Of a stretch of DNA of 60,000 nucleotides, positions 23,467 through 37,449 are shown piece by piece. The stretch lies in contig NC_086097.1 in the NCBI RefSeq assembly GCF_963921235.1, positions 34,474,001 to 34,534,000 of the forward strand, written 5' to 3'. How positions within the stretch are numbered: the stretch's first letter is position 1; each line of letters opens with the position of its first letter. The translations under genes and the position numbers were made by a program. The notes under the pieces were generated by a model. The model was not told the origin of the DNA. It saw nothing but the letters and a program-made list of their open reading frames with translations, and did no database searches. Source of the DNA: Mobula hypostoma. Taxonomy: Eukaryota.

Positions 23467-24246
23467 ATCAGAAGTACAAATAAATAAATATTCTTTGTTT
23501 AACATATTAACAAAATGCCAAATACTTAACAAATTAAAGACTATCAAGTAGAGTGAATTGTTTAAAATAAAGGCAAATGATCTAATTCTAGGTCATAAGT
23601 TCAGTGAATATCCCGGTGTACGTGCCAACTAATTGATGCATGTGTGCTTCATCCCTGAATTCAGAATGAGCCCAGCTGCAGAACACAGTATTCAAAATCC
23701 AGGAGAAAACATCCAGCAAAACTTGGACTCCTACATCCAAGTTTTAATATTTTTATTCCCCAGCTGACTCAAGTCTAACTGATTTTTGGAATTAAAACTA
23801 CACTCATAATTCTCCCATTTAGACTTGATCTAGATTTCCACAAAGAATGTTTGTTTCCATTGTGTCCACTTTCCACAAACTACAGTTTACATACAGTATT
23901 TATATCAAGTCATGTATATATACTTGGAATTGATGCAGATATCTCAATGGGAACTTCTCAGGCTTCTAAGGTTCTAACTTCTGTTCAAAGAATTGAAATA
24001 AAGAAGAGCTCGCTACTAAATATTCTTAATTAGTATATAATAGAAAATGCTGGAAATACTCAGCAAGTTTGGCAGCAACTGTGGAGATAATATAAACTGA
24101 GTTAATATTTCAGGCAATGATCTATCAGAACTGGAAGGTGATGTGCAAAATGTAGCAGTCACCAGAAATCTGAAACATAACAGAATTACCCGACAGGTTA
24201 GGCAGCATCAGTGAAAGGAGACAACCTCATTGGCACTTCATAGATA

Positions 24247-25291
24247 CACTAAGTTGCCACTTATTAGGTTACCCCCTGTACCTAATAAAGTGGCCACTGG
24301 GTGTATGTTCATGGTCTTCTGCTGCTGTAGTCCATCCACCTCAAGGTTCGACATGTTGTGCATTCAGAGATACTCTTTTGTACACCACTGGTGTAACATG
24401 GTTATTTTAGTTACAGTTGCTTTTCTGTCAGCTTGAACCGTTCTCCTCCGACCTCTCAGTAACAAGGTACTTTCACCCACAGAACTACCACTCTCTGAAC
24501 ATCGAACATACAACATAGAAATCTTCAGCCCACAATGTTGTGCCAACTGCGTAATCTACTCTAGAAATTGCCTAGAATTTCCCTACCGCATAGCCCTCTA
24601 TTTTTCTAAGCTCCATGTACCTATCTAAGAGTCTCTTAAAAAACTCTATTGTACCCACCTCTACCACCGTCACTGGCAGTGCATTCCACGCACCCACCAC
24701 TCTCTATGTGAAAACTTACCCCTGACATCCCTCAGTTCCTATTTCCATACACCTTAAAACTGTGCCCTCTCATGCTAGCCATTTCAGCCCTGGGAAAAAA
24801 GCCTCTGACTATCCACACAATCGATGCATCTCATCACCTTATGCACCTCTATCAGGTCACCTCTCATCCTCCGTTGCTCCAAGGAGAAAAGGCCAAGTTC
24901 ACTCAACCTATTCTCATAAGGCACACTCTCCAATCCAGGCAACATTTTTGTAAATCTCTTCTGCACTCTCTCTATAGTATCCACATCCTTCCAGTACTGA
25001 GGTGTCCAGAACTGAACACAGAACTCCAAGCGAGGTCCGAATGTTGTTCTTTTTACACTATTCTCTATAGACTGTGGAGTTTCTGAGATACTCAAATCCT
25101 CAAACCACCCTGTCTAGCATCAACAATCATTCACATTTCTTCCCCATTCTGATGTTTAGTCTGAACAACAACTGGACCTCTTGACCATGTCTGCGTGCTT
25201 TTATGCATTGAGTTGCTGCCGCATTGGCTGATTGGATATTTGCATTAACGAACAGGTGTACAAGCGTACCTAATAAAGTGGCCACTGAGTG
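24247..25291 (-). mobile_element. Second copy of the internally deleted Tc1-like element, containing a CR1 3' fragment (about 24497-25035, minus strand)
   Basis: TA|CACTAAGTTGCCAC ... GTGGCCACTGAGTG|TA; ORF 24784..25095 is a CR1 ORF2 C-terminus. Confidence 0.85.
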
Positions 25292-26637
25292 TATGTAATA
25301 TAAATTGTTCCATGGTTCTCACTAGAAAGCTTGTAAGTGTGTTGTCTGCTTCTGGTATTCTAAAAGTGGGAAGAAACACAATAATTGAAAGTTCTTGATA
25401 AAGTGCATTCAGGACTGAAACTTTCTCTGTGTGTTACGTTGTTCTGCTATTTTTGAAGTTTTAGCTCTGGCAACGTTTCAATCCCTTCACCAGCAGGATG
25501 TGGTGGCAGCAATACACAGATGGATACTCAAAGTGATAAACAGAGGGAGACAACATGCATTGCAGCTCAATGATGCTCTAACCTGTGGAGAAATGAGGGG
25601 CCAAATTGCACCTGTATCAGACATAAGGGAACTATGAAACAGCTGGTCACAGGACAGACCAGAACGGACTGCAGCGAACTAGCAGTGCAAATGAGAAATG
25701 ACGAACCTTGGCCAATTATCTGGCATGATTATTATCATGAAATAAACACCTGTAGTGCACACATCCATAATTATACCATACAAAGGTAATGACTGGACTT
25801 ATCCAATGGCTTTATTAAGTGATCCTTTATGAATAAGATTTGTGAATTTAAATTCTAATTAATGAAATCAGTGCAGTTGTACATTTTGTCACTCAAAAAC
25901 AATCTTTGCCAGCTCTGATAAATTATTATGATGCTAGATACTCTTTTGAGTAAGTTAGTGTATATTACATTTTGTAAATCCATTTAGTACTTCTCAAAAT
26001 AAAAGTAGATAGTGATCTGTGAAGAACAAGCAGAGTGAAAAGTTCTGATCAAAGGAAGAACCACCTTGAAGTGTTAACTGCTTATCTTTCCACAGATGGT
26101 TGTTGACTTCCTGGATTTTTCCAACATATTCCATTTTTATTTCAGGAATTACTACTTTTGATTCCTTAGTAAGTTTGAAAAGGTTTTTAAATACATTTTT
26201 AACACATTAAATGCAAAGAATCAAAGGTTGGTTCAGTGATTAAATATAAATCACATGCTCACATACTGAAAAGACTTCCGTCCCACATGTTCTTCATACA
26301 GCTTTCAGCCAGAAAGAATACCATGGTTCAAGCATTCCACAAGTGAATGTTTAAATTGTTTGATGAGGCCATTTTAGATGATGGTGACATTGTCAGCAAC
26401 TTTAGAAACGAAACTCCTAAAGAGGAGTATCACAGAAATATGTTTTAGTGCAAACTCCGATATTTTTTCTTCTCACTTACTCCTTCTAAAAGTTCTAGTA
26501 ATCTTTTTGGAGATGTTGATTCTGTTTTAATGACACATTATTGTCTGTATGTTTATTGCAAATTAAAGCTGCTGGAAATTTAATTTGCACCTGTGGGTGG
26601 GCATAATACTGAGTTGACTGTTCCACTTTATTTGGCA

Positions 26638-26836
26638 ACACTCACAACACGCTGGAGGAACTCAGCGGGTCGGGCAGCATCCGTGGAAACAATCAGTCAA
26701 CGTTTCGGGCCAGAACCCTTCATCAGGACGCCTGAAACATTGACTGATCGTTTCCACCGATGCTGCCCGACCTGCTGAGTTCCTCCAGCGTGTTGTGAGT
26801 GTGGCTTTGACCCCAGCATCTGCAGATTATTTTGTG
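26638..26836. mobile_element. Penelope-like element terminal remnant (inverted pseudo-LTR pair) with a 16-bp TSD
   Basis: Long inverted repeat; TCCACTTTATTTGGCA at 26622-26637 and 26837-26852. Confidence 0.8.
26694..26729 (-). ncRNA. Minimal type I hammerhead ribozyme motif
   Basis: GUC-CUGAUGA-A-GGGU(UCUG)GCCC-GAAAC-GUU-GAC: both core boxes, stem II, 3-bp stem I, palindromic AACGUU stem III. Confidence 0.6.
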
Positions 26837-27519
26837 TCCACTTTATTTGGCAGCTTGCAAGTGTAGAAGAAGGATCTGAATAGATGAAGGATGTGTATTT
26901 ATATCTGAGGTTATTTATTACACCTACTGTTACTAAGCCTCTGTATCTCTGGGTCTAGGCAGACTGAGATATGCCCAACTTCACTTATGTTAAATCGAGG
27001 ATATACTTGGGAAAATTTCTGCTCTTTCAAATTAGATCATTTGGCAGGTTCCAGTTAGCAAGAAGCTTAAATCCTATAGTAAAATTATCTAGCAACATCT
27101 GTAATGGGAACAACAAGTAAAATATTTTCTTTAAAATGGTAAAATGACCCAAGTTATCACACAGAATTTTAAAATGTTTTGGGAAGTCCAAGCGTTTGTG
27201 GTCACTTGAAGAAAATGTGTTTTGAGTAAAGTTTCTTCCAGCATTTAAAATAAGCAGCAGAAAACTGGTTCCAATTGCAAATTAGCTGATGCATTTTTAA
27301 TTCCTGAAGCTCACCCAAGCAATCAAAATCACAATGGTCTGAATTATTTAGGACAAATAATCATGTTAACTGCCACATTTAACCAACAATAGTTACCATG
27401 TCCCATTGAAAATATAGGCCACAGTGGCCTTGGATAATGCCGAGTAAATTAAAACAGTGAAGGAATGAAGCATTAAATCTCTCCAGTCTGGGACTAGCAC
27501 AATAAAGAAGATATGGCAG

Positions 27520-27860
27520 TGCCTCAACTTTCTTGGAAGTTTGCACAGATTTGGAATGTTATCTACAACTTTGACAAATTTCTATGGATGCATTCTATAG
27601 AGGCTATCCTGATTGGTTACATCACTGCCTGGTATTATTGCTTATTTATTTATTATTATTAATATGTCTTTATTTTTATATTTGCACAATTTGTTGTCTT
27701 TTTCACCCTGTTTGAACACCCAAGTTGGTGCAGTCTTTCATTGGTTCTATTATACATAGTTATTATTCTATCATGGATTTGTTGGGTATGCTCACAAGAA
27801 AATGTATCTCATTATGGTGACATGTATGTACTTTGATAATAAATTTACTTTGAACTTTGA
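27520..27860 (+). mobile_element. Rex/Babar LINE fragments
   Basis: Similar to the 3' coding part of the LINE at 47520-47630; ends aataaatttactttgaactttga. Confidence 0.65.
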
Positions 27861-27879
27861 AAAAGTAGTGAGCTGTGAT

Positions 27880-29421
27880 TATTTTTGACAAAATATACTT
27901 CATTCAAAATAAAATTATTTGCAATAAACCATTCAATGGCTCTCAATCCTTTACAGACATTACCATTACATTCTATACATTTCCACACTTACAGCCACTC
28001 ACGTGGGACTCTGTTGTTTCATCTTTCCACACCATTGTTGAGGGGTATACTCCCCGCCACCCGACCCCTCCCACTCCCGCGGGAGAAGAACTCTAAACCG
28101 TGGCCCTTCCCCATCGGGCCCTTGCGGTGGCTGCACCAAGTTTCAGTGCGTCCCTCAGCACGTACTCCTGCAGCCGAGAATGTGCCAGTTGGCAGCATTC
28201 TCCCACGGACATCTCCATGTGCTGGTAGACCATCAAGTTTCGGGCCGACCGAAGAGCGTCTTTCACTGAGTTGATGAATTGCCAGCAGCACCGAATGTTG
28301 GTCTCTGTGTGCGTCCCCGGCACCAGCCTGTAGATCAGAGAGTCCTCTGTTACGCAGCTGCTGGGGATGAAACGTGACACCAGCCCATCCATCCTCCTCC
28401 ACACCTTCTCTGTGAACCCACAGTGTGCAAAGAGGTGGGTCACAGACTCCTCCTCACTGCAGTCCTCCCGTAGGCAGTGGGGTGTGGAGACAATGTTCCA
28501 GGCATACAGAAGGAATCTGACTGGGAGGGCCCCTCTCACCACCAACCAGGCGAGGCCTTGGTGCCTGTTGGTGAGGTCTGGGGATGAGGCATTTTGCCAG
28601 ATGAACTGGACGGTCTGCACAGGGAACCACCCCACTGTGTCCATCACATCCTTCTCCTGCAGTGTCTGCAGGACATTACGTGCCGACCACTGCCTGATGG
28701 CCCTGTGGTCAAAGGCATTGTCCTGGAAGGACTTCTCCACAAAGGACAGGTATGGCGGCAACGACCAGCTGACTGGGGTATTGCGCAGGAGTGGGGCCAG
28801 ACCCATCCTTTGCAGTCAGGGAGACAGGTAGAACCTGGGCACGTGGTGGTACTTTGTGCCCACATATCTTGGTTCCACACACAACCTGATGCAGCCACAC
28901 ATGAAGCTGGCCATCAGGATGGGGGCGACATTGGGAACGTTTTTGCCCTCATTGTCCAGGGACTTGTGCATGGTGGCCCATCTGACCCACTCCATCTTGG
29001 ATCCCCAGACGAATCTGAAGACAGCTCGGGTGATTTCTGAGCTGCAGGAGCGGGGAACGGGCCACACTTGCACCAAGTACAGCAGCCCCGAGAGCACCTC
29101 ACACCTGATGACCAGGTTCTTGCCCGTTATCGATAGCACAGTCCCAGTTTCTGTTTCACCTTGGCAGTCCGCTGCAACCAGTTCTTGTTGCATGCCTCAG
29201 CCCCTCCGAACCAGATCCCCAACACCGTCACGTGATCAGACCTGATGGTGAAGGGGACACTGGATCAGTTGGGCCAGTTGCCGAACAGCATAGCTTCGCT
29301 CTTCGTGCAGTTGACCCTGGCCCCCCGACGCCAGCTCAAACTGGTCGCAGATGCCAATCAGCCTAAGAACTGACCTCGGATCAGAGCAGAAGATGGTGAC
29401 GTCGTCCATGTACAGGGATAC
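27880..29421 (-). mobile_element. 5'-truncated Tx1 (L1-clade) LINE: RT C-terminal part and zinc-binding CCHC region
   Basis: SLYMDDVTIF at about 29390-29418; C-x4-C..E...HLFAHC in ORF 28093..28806; possible TSD agctgtgat (27871-27879) / agctgttat (29422-29430). Confidence 0.88.
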
Positions 29422-30589
29422 AGCTGTTATGGATATTCACTACTGCTCAGTAAGTCTCTTGGTTGTTTGCTAATCTTGCTTTCTAAACACGGCAGCAGCC
29501 ACTTGTAAGACCACAAACAATTTGAAGTAAACTTCCAACTAACAGTTGTTTGACTTCTGGTCAAAAATGGAAGTCAATCTTCAGTTCTTAAAATGTAAAT
29601 GGCACGCAGCAATCAGTTTGAATTTAAAGCAAGCACAGTCTATAGAACAGCCTTGCAAACAAGCTCTGTAGATAGTAGACACTCTGTCTGTGAGAAGTAA
29701 GACTTAGCTCACTACACCTGGTTTATTACTGTTCGAGATGCAGTATAAGCCCATGTTTAATTTGGCATTTTTTTCAAATAGACAAGCTGACTCTATAGGT
29801 CAAGGAATCTTGCAGAATCAGATGGATAATATAATTTAGCATATTAAATAACTGACGCGTTTATAGATGGAAGGTTTATGTACTCAAGGAAGTTAGCTTT
29901 ACAACAGTAATTCTGTGAGCAGTAAGCTGAGATCTATGTCTCCTAAATGCTTTTGGACTCTTTGTGTTAAAAGGGCACTTGAAGAAATATCATCTACTGT
30001 ACATGTGACATCATGTAGTAGAAGAAGGGTATCAATGTAAAGAGCAACTCGGGCTTATTAGGAGTGGTTGAAAAACTTCAAGAAGAATGATAGGAAGACG
30101 GGGTGACTAGAATACATTCCTCTGGCTTCACTTTTCTCTTATGGATGATCCATTCATCCGCATTATTGGTGTGTCTTCTTCTGTTTGTAGGAATTGTACC
30201 TGTGTTTTGAAAATCCTTTGTGTTTTAGAAATGGCTGTAATTTGGAAACGCTTCATAAGACAGAAATCCTCTGTGAATTTTAAATGTGTTTTAAGAATGT
30301 GTGGATTTAAATGTGTATCATTGAAAATAAATTAATTGTGCTTAAACTACTTTATTAGCTGGAAGTATCTCCTCCTTGGTAGGGAGGGTGAGCCCATCAC
30401 TCAAATAGTTAATATTGGCAGCTAAGACTCGCCGTGGAGAATAAACTGGGAAGAAAATTGGTCTTTGAAGATTGGGTAAGTTACTGTATAACCTCCCTTT
30501 AGTGAGAGTAGTCCAATATATCCAATAGGGCTTAAGGTCTTAGTTTCAGTTTAGAATTTCACAGTCAGCAAACCCAATACCATTACACA

Positions 30590-31097
30590 GCCCGGTCCAT
30601 CACTGGAAAACCCTCCCCATCACTGAGCTAATCTACTGCCACAAGAAAGCTGCGTTCATCGTCAAGGACCCCCACCATCCAGGCCACATTCTCTCCTCAC
30701 TGCTGTCATCAGGAAGGGGGTGGGGGACAGGAGACAGAGGTTCCACACCACCCAATTCAGTTACAGTGATTACCCCTCAACCATCATGCTCCTGAACTAG
30801 AGTGGATAAATCCTGTGAACTACTTGCAAAAACTCTATGACTCGTGTTTCCAAAGCTATTTATTTATTTATTTATCTATCTATCTATTTATTTATTTATT
30901 TATTTATTTGCCCCTTTTTTTGCATTTGCACAATTTGTCATCTTTTGCATATTGGTTGCTTGTCTGTATGTGTATGTAGTTTTCCATTGATTTTCTTTGC
31001 CTTTCTTTGTATCTACTGTGAGTGTCCACAAGAAATTACATCTCAGGGTAGTATATGGTGACATTAATGTACTTTGATAATCAATTTACTTTGAACT
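30590..31097 (+). mobile_element. Rex/Babar LINE 3' fragment with (TATT)n/(TATC)n microsatellite
   Basis: aagaaagctgcgttcatcgtcaaggacccccaccatccaggcc matches the KAASIIKDP.HP C-terminus; family tail present. Confidence 0.75.
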
Positions 31098-32971
31098 TCC
31101 TTTAAAATGAGAATCTTTGTGGTTAATTGGTAATATTTCCAATAAGCACAGACTGGGAATGCTCAACCATAAGCCATCATAGGGTATGATTCTCAAGGCT
31201 GTAGATATTACAGGATATGTGCAGGAGCTTTAATATAATAATTTTTGGAGGAATACTTTAACAGATGCATAATGGAAATGTTAGTGCATCCTTAAGTTGA
31301 TTAACGATTCTTGTCCAGGAGGTGCTACATAGAGTGATGGGAAGTGTAGACCTTCTATCCCCTAAACACTCCACGTCCAGCTTCCACTTGCACCGTCAGT
31401 GTCTACATTAAAACCTGCAGCAAATATTGTTTTCAACTATCTCACTCTGTGCATTTCAAAAGGATAGTGCCGCATTAGTTAAATTTGAGGAATTTCATAC
31501 TCCTGGCTCACGTCCAGTGCAATCTGGTTGTGGTACTATCATCCAGTCTTCCAAGGAACCCTGGCAGCATCCACGTTCCATCCCTGGGGGGAGTCATTTG
31601 GACTGATCACCCAGCAACCACCATCAATTATAGTGCACATAGTGTCCACCAGTAAAACCACATAGAACATAGTTTTACGATATTGAGGAAAAAGCAGCAA
31701 CACTAGCAAAAATGAGAGTGATGTGGAGGTAACCCTCATTACTCTGTAACCTATTTGTTTCAGTGAAAGGGCCAGGAAAAGAAAATAATCATTCAGTTCT
31801 TCAGCAAGTGCACACATGCCACTGTGGATCCAGTAACCCACACCACTCTATGTACAGTGATCACTGTACACTGTAGCAAAATGGACCCTGCCTATCGAAA
31901 CAAACAATGGCTTCCACTTTAGTCATCCACCTTGCTGGCTGCACCATATCCCCCTTACACCAAAACAAGTTCCACTTGAAGTATCAGGAAACTTAATGTT
32001 ATTGGCCATTTACAATTTCTTTTTCTGGTGAATCAAAGGCAAAAATAAAGAGATGTCTTTGGTCTAAAAGCATGAACTATTTCTCCGTTCACAGGTGTGA
32101 CCTGACTTGTTCTGTATTTCCTCCATTTTCTGCTTTTAATGCATTCAATTTGCAGCCCAGTTTGTCTTTACATTCCAGCATCTGTAACATTTTCTTTACA
32201 CACCATTCTGTCCACATTGCCCTTCTCTTCATGCTTTCCTGCTTTTAATTTCATTCACATTCATCCTCCATGTTACCAAGTACCCACATGCTCCTAGTAT
32301 CGAACTACTTGCTAACTGCATTTCTAAGTTTCTTGTCATCTGCACAACTTGAAATTATTCTGCAGGTCAATAATAGATTATCAAGAGAGACTGTCACTGT
32401 CACTGATCCCTGGTACATATCACTGAACATTTCCATCCAGTCTGTTAAAACGAGTGTTCACCCCTATTCTGTTTTCTATCCCTTAATCAATTCCACACCA
32501 AACTACTAGTGTCCTCTTCAACCCATAGACGTAATTTGCCTCACATCTATTGTGTGTCATTTAAATTTACATATAACTTTGTAATCCAAGCCATTATTTC
32601 CAAATCATCTTGTAAGCATGAGTTGTGTTTGAAACACTTCAGGATAGAAAGGTATCAGAATATATTTATTAAAATTTTTAGCTTCAGGGGACACATTGCA
32701 CCTGCAATTGGATGAACCTAATTCATATATTTAGACAATCTGGGGCTTCATAATTGAAAATCATTAACAGCTGCCATGTTTCACATTCACACGTTTCAGT
32801 GACTCTTTAGAAAAAGCACAAATAAATTGAAGTCATAATGATGCCTTGAACATGGAGAAAGATCAGATGTATTAGATTAGATATTTAATAGATTATTTTT
32901 GAAAAGTACTGTTATTAACAGCCTTCTCCAGCTAACAGGAAATGATACCTGCATCATATACAAAGGTGAAA

Positions 32972-33006
32972 CAGCGCCATCTTTTGCAGACTTAGGTGAA
33001 ATGCAA
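32972..33006 (-). promoter_or_regulatory. Candidate CTCF site (core plus upstream motif)
   Basis: TTGCATTTCACC-taagtc-TGCAAAAGATGGCGCTG in otherwise AT-rich unique sequence. Confidence 0.35.
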
Positions 33007-34594
33007 TGTATCTCATCATTCAGTCCATGTATGTCACTCAACTAACTATACCATATATTCTGATTATACCTTAATCTGAAGTGTCACTTAAAATTTGTTT
33101 TAAATCTTGAAAAAGCTGAATCTTATGTCTCTGTCACCTTCACTCACTATTACTCTCCACATACAGAATTGTGAGTACCATGAAAGAATATGAATGTTTG
33201 ATATTCCTATGATCTTATTTTCCCCGTTGTGTCACATTAACCGCAAACCCATATCAGCCCATCATGGCCCTGGTGAGCACTGTCTGCAAGGAGCACCAAG
33301 CACTCTACAAGGCTCCTTCTAAAATACTTCCCATACACCAGCAACTGGTGTACATGATTATCATAACTCATGTCATCCTTCAAATCATCAAATCTGACAT
33401 GAGATTGGTTTTAAACACTCTTCAGAAATTCAAGACATCTCACGTCTGTTTTCTCAAGGGCATATAGGAAAGGGTCAATAGATGCTGGCCTTTTCTGTGA
33501 TAACCAGATCCAATGAATGAATAAAGGCTGAATATAATGGCAATGTTGTTGCAAGATAAAGCACACATGACTGACCCTGCTGTTGAAGCCTAAAATGGGA
33601 TAAGTGACTGAAGTGGAACTACAGTACAACATGTCTATAACTTTCTTCCTCTGACAAGATTTAATTTGTATTAGTAGTGTATGCAGTTTCTTTTTCTCAT
33701 AAATTGTTACTCTCCTCAACATGTTGCAATTCTTTTGGAAAATTGTCTGTGCCAACGTATCTGCACTTGCTGTCTCCCATGCAAGATGAATATTATGCCA
33801 AGGTGCATCACTCTTGAAACACTCAAACCGGAGATGGCCTGGCTTTACTTTATCAAGCCTTCCAGAAAGTTCCACACCTTCAATGGTCTTTCAATCTTGC
33901 AGTAAGTCTCAACTTCTCCTGAATTATCATCAAGCTTGATGCACACACTCTTGATTCTGGTCTTCTGACCATACACTTAACATCGTTTCAATTCTCTCCA
34001 TTATAATTTCATTACACATATATGAAATCACCTTCTGGTGCCACCTTTAGCTCTCTCTCCCTTGTTATTTGAGAGAGAGAGAGTCTGTGGCATGTTGAAC
34101 TGTTTGCTGAAGTGGTTTTTAATGCACTGTAGATCATGGTCTCTGTTTGCGGGCTTTGCTATTGTTTACATGGTGGGTGGTGGGGGTGCTGATGCTTTCT
34201 GCTGGAATAAGTTGATGCTTTTGCTGCCTCTTGTGAGAGGGAGTGGGGAGGGAGGCCTTTGGGGTTCTTGCATTTTTTTCTGTCATTCATTCTTTGGGGT
34301 TTCTCTTGTTTCGTGGATATCTGTAGAGAGTAAGAATTTCAGGTTGTTTCCTGTGTACATTCTCTGATGTTAATTGGAACCACTAAAATAAATTCTTGGG
34401 TAACATTCTGCAACAACTAAGAGATTGCTTCCGAATAACCAGGCTGTTTTATTTCAGTACGGCCAGTGAATTTATTGGTGTATTGCAGTGTAGGTTTAAC
34501 TTTGAACAGCAGTGGTAGGTTATGTTAAACACACTTACTGCACATCTGTCTGTAACAATTATTTGTTAGCATACCCATATTTTTGTAACTTTAC

Positions 34595-34822
34595 CAGAGA
34601 CATAGGAGCAAAATTAGACCAATCAGCCCATCCAGTTTACTCTGCCATTCCATCATGGCTGATTTATTATCCCCCTCAACCCCATTCTCCTGCCTTCTTC
34701 CCATAATCTTTGACACCCTTTCTAATCAAGAACCTTTCGACTTTGCTTTAAATATACCCAACAACTTGGCCTCCATGAGCCGTCTGAGTCATTGAATTCC
34801 AGACTCACCACCCTCTGGCTAC
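34595..34822 (-). mobile_element. CR1 3' UTR fragment
   Basis: gacataggagcaaaattag...ctcaccaccctctggct, homologous to 1175-1370. Confidence 0.75.
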
Positions 34823-37449
34823 CACAATAAAATATGGCTTTGGAACAAAGCCCTATTATTCTTCAGACCACTTTCAAAACATTTAAATGGAAGCGTAGTC
34901 TGTTATCTTTAATTAATTGCCACCCAGCTTTTTTTTTGAACAGGATACAACTGAGTTTCTCGTGCAGTCTAGTGTAAATCATTAAAACATGAAACAAAAT
35001 AGAAACAACAGATCCTGCCTCTGTTATTTACAGCACTCTGGGCAGTGTGCAGTGTTGGCTGGAATTTGTCAAGTTTCTGTTGATCAATATGGAGGGTACT
35101 GTATAAGTTAATAGGTTTCTTTTAGCTCCTTATCTGTTGAAGGGCTGTTCAAATGCATAATGTTCTTGTGAGGTTGTTATTTTGTACATGAAGTGTAACG
35201 GGAATTATTCATATCCAATTGTTTATATTTTTTGATGGCTTGTGTTGGATAGCTAAATATACAGGGAACTTTTTTTCATTTCTTAGACTGATATAGTTGA
35301 AAAGATCCTTACTGCTGAGCAGATAAAGAGCCAATAGAAATATATTAATATATGCCCATCATGTATATCTATGTAAATCTGACAAGCTTATGTCAGCACT
35401 TCTTAAATCAGAATAAAGTAACATTTCATATCAACTAATTTTGCTTCCTGCAACATTAATGGCAAAGGGATCTGCGTAATAACAAAAATAAAACAGATGA
35501 GCTGAATCTTAATTCAAAGTGCCTACAGAACCATATGTTTGGAATGGGGCCCATTTTGTAGCCAACTGTCTGATATAGAACCAGAAAATGATACAGACAT
35601 GATTCAAACACTAAAGCTGTTCAAAACTATTGTTGTGAATTATTAAAATCTATGACATGTGAAAGCAAGTTTTAACCCTACATAAATAGTCTTATTTTCA
35701 ATAACAATTTTTATTTAAAGGGAAAACAAGTGTGTTGAAATTCATGCAGATCTTGACATTTGTCTAAAAAAAGCAGTTCAGTAATTTAAATGTTAGGCCA
35801 GAAATTCTGATTTGAGCTAACCATGTCACTATGTACCCATCAGTCACTAATTAGCAAATACATTAGCTCTGTTTAGAATCTGGACAAAGATAATTAGCAA
35901 GTCAAATTTGCAATACACATATCAGGCAACTTAGACCAAGGTCTAGTCACTTTCCCTTGATGGTTAACTAAACCATGGAGTCTCCGAAAAGCAACATCAG
36001 AGGATTACCACTGGCAAAATTTTAACTGGATGGACCAGCCATATTGTGGTTACAAGAGCTATTCAAAATTTTAAGTCAATTTCATGAAGTGGCTCATTTC
36101 CTGAAGGAGGTAAAGGAGCCTTGGACCACACACCACCAGATTCAAGAATATTTACAAAGGACAACAATTTTTCTTGAAAGTGTTGCTTCCTCAGAAATAG
36201 TTTGTGGTTCTGATAGACTGCTTGAAGCTGAACACATATAATTTCAAACTACTTGTATCATGTAGGAATTTGGAGAAACAAGAAATTAACTTTCAGTGAA
36301 TTTGTGTTTAATTGCATAACGGTGCTGACACTTTGCAATAGTTCAAGCTAAAAATGATTTATTGATGATTTTCGCTTGTACTCAGTCTCTGAGGCTTCTT
36401 GCTTATGTGTCTGATGATCAGCCAGCATTGATTCCAGCTGCCCTGATACCACTTCTCCATGACTGCAACGTTCAGGTGAAACCTTTCATCATACTGACAG
36501 CGCCAAAATCTGCACGAAAAAAATCTAAATGGGAATGCAGGAAATTATTCTGGAGCTCAAAATTTAACGGCACTGTAGGAACAGACAAGCTGCATTCAAG
36601 GTGATTCGGTACTCTCTTTACAAAGCAAACAAGGCTTTCATGGTGATATCCACAATGCTAAAGAATTTCATTTTGGATACTATTGTAAAACATGAAATAC
36701 TCTGAAAATGCAAACTAGGCAAAAACAAATATTGTAAAAAAATTTACACAGTATAGGAGCACTGGAAAATTTTAATTCTCCCATTTGTTTTATTAACCTC
36801 AGAATGTGACTTTTATACAGGTATTTTCAAACCCAGATTCAACCATTCTAACAAGGACTAGTCAAAGATACAGGGGGGAAAAAACAGGTCTCAAGAAGTA
36901 AAAGCATCATTAAACTGTCCCCTAACCAACTACACCAGCAGTGCTGACATAGCAAAGTTTTTAATTAAAATGCAATTCTCGTGCTAAGATAAAGAGGACT
37001 CTCTCCACTTAGCTTTCCCAGAAATTGCATGATTGACGGGAATACTTTAGACTGATGGTACTACTAACCAGAAGACTGCACCCTTTTTAACGATCTGCAA
37101 TGTAGATCTGCTAGAAAAAAAAACACTATCAGATCATAGAAAATAACTTTGATGTTTATATTAAACCTACAAGGACACAATTATATATATATAATTGCAA
37201 TATATTTGCACAAAATTCTTACTTTTCAATGCACCTTAGTTGATTACTGCTATGCCAGTAGAAGGGAAACAATAACATTTCATTTTGGGAAATTTTGCGC
37301 AAGTTCTCAACTACTTATTGTCCAACAATACCTACCAGATGTGAATACTGTATATCTAGATGTGAGTTAAGGGAGATTCAGTCCAACATGCACCATCAAG
37401 AAATAAAAACAGAAAATACTGTAAACACTCAGCTGGTTAGGCAATTAAA

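Noticed and set aside
27885..29245. Many overlapping ORFs on both strands
   Set aside because: GC-rich, frameshifted Tx1 LINE sequence; alternative frames are open by composition
33411..33875. 154-aa ORF
   Set aside because: No recognisable domain; composition looks like a random frame
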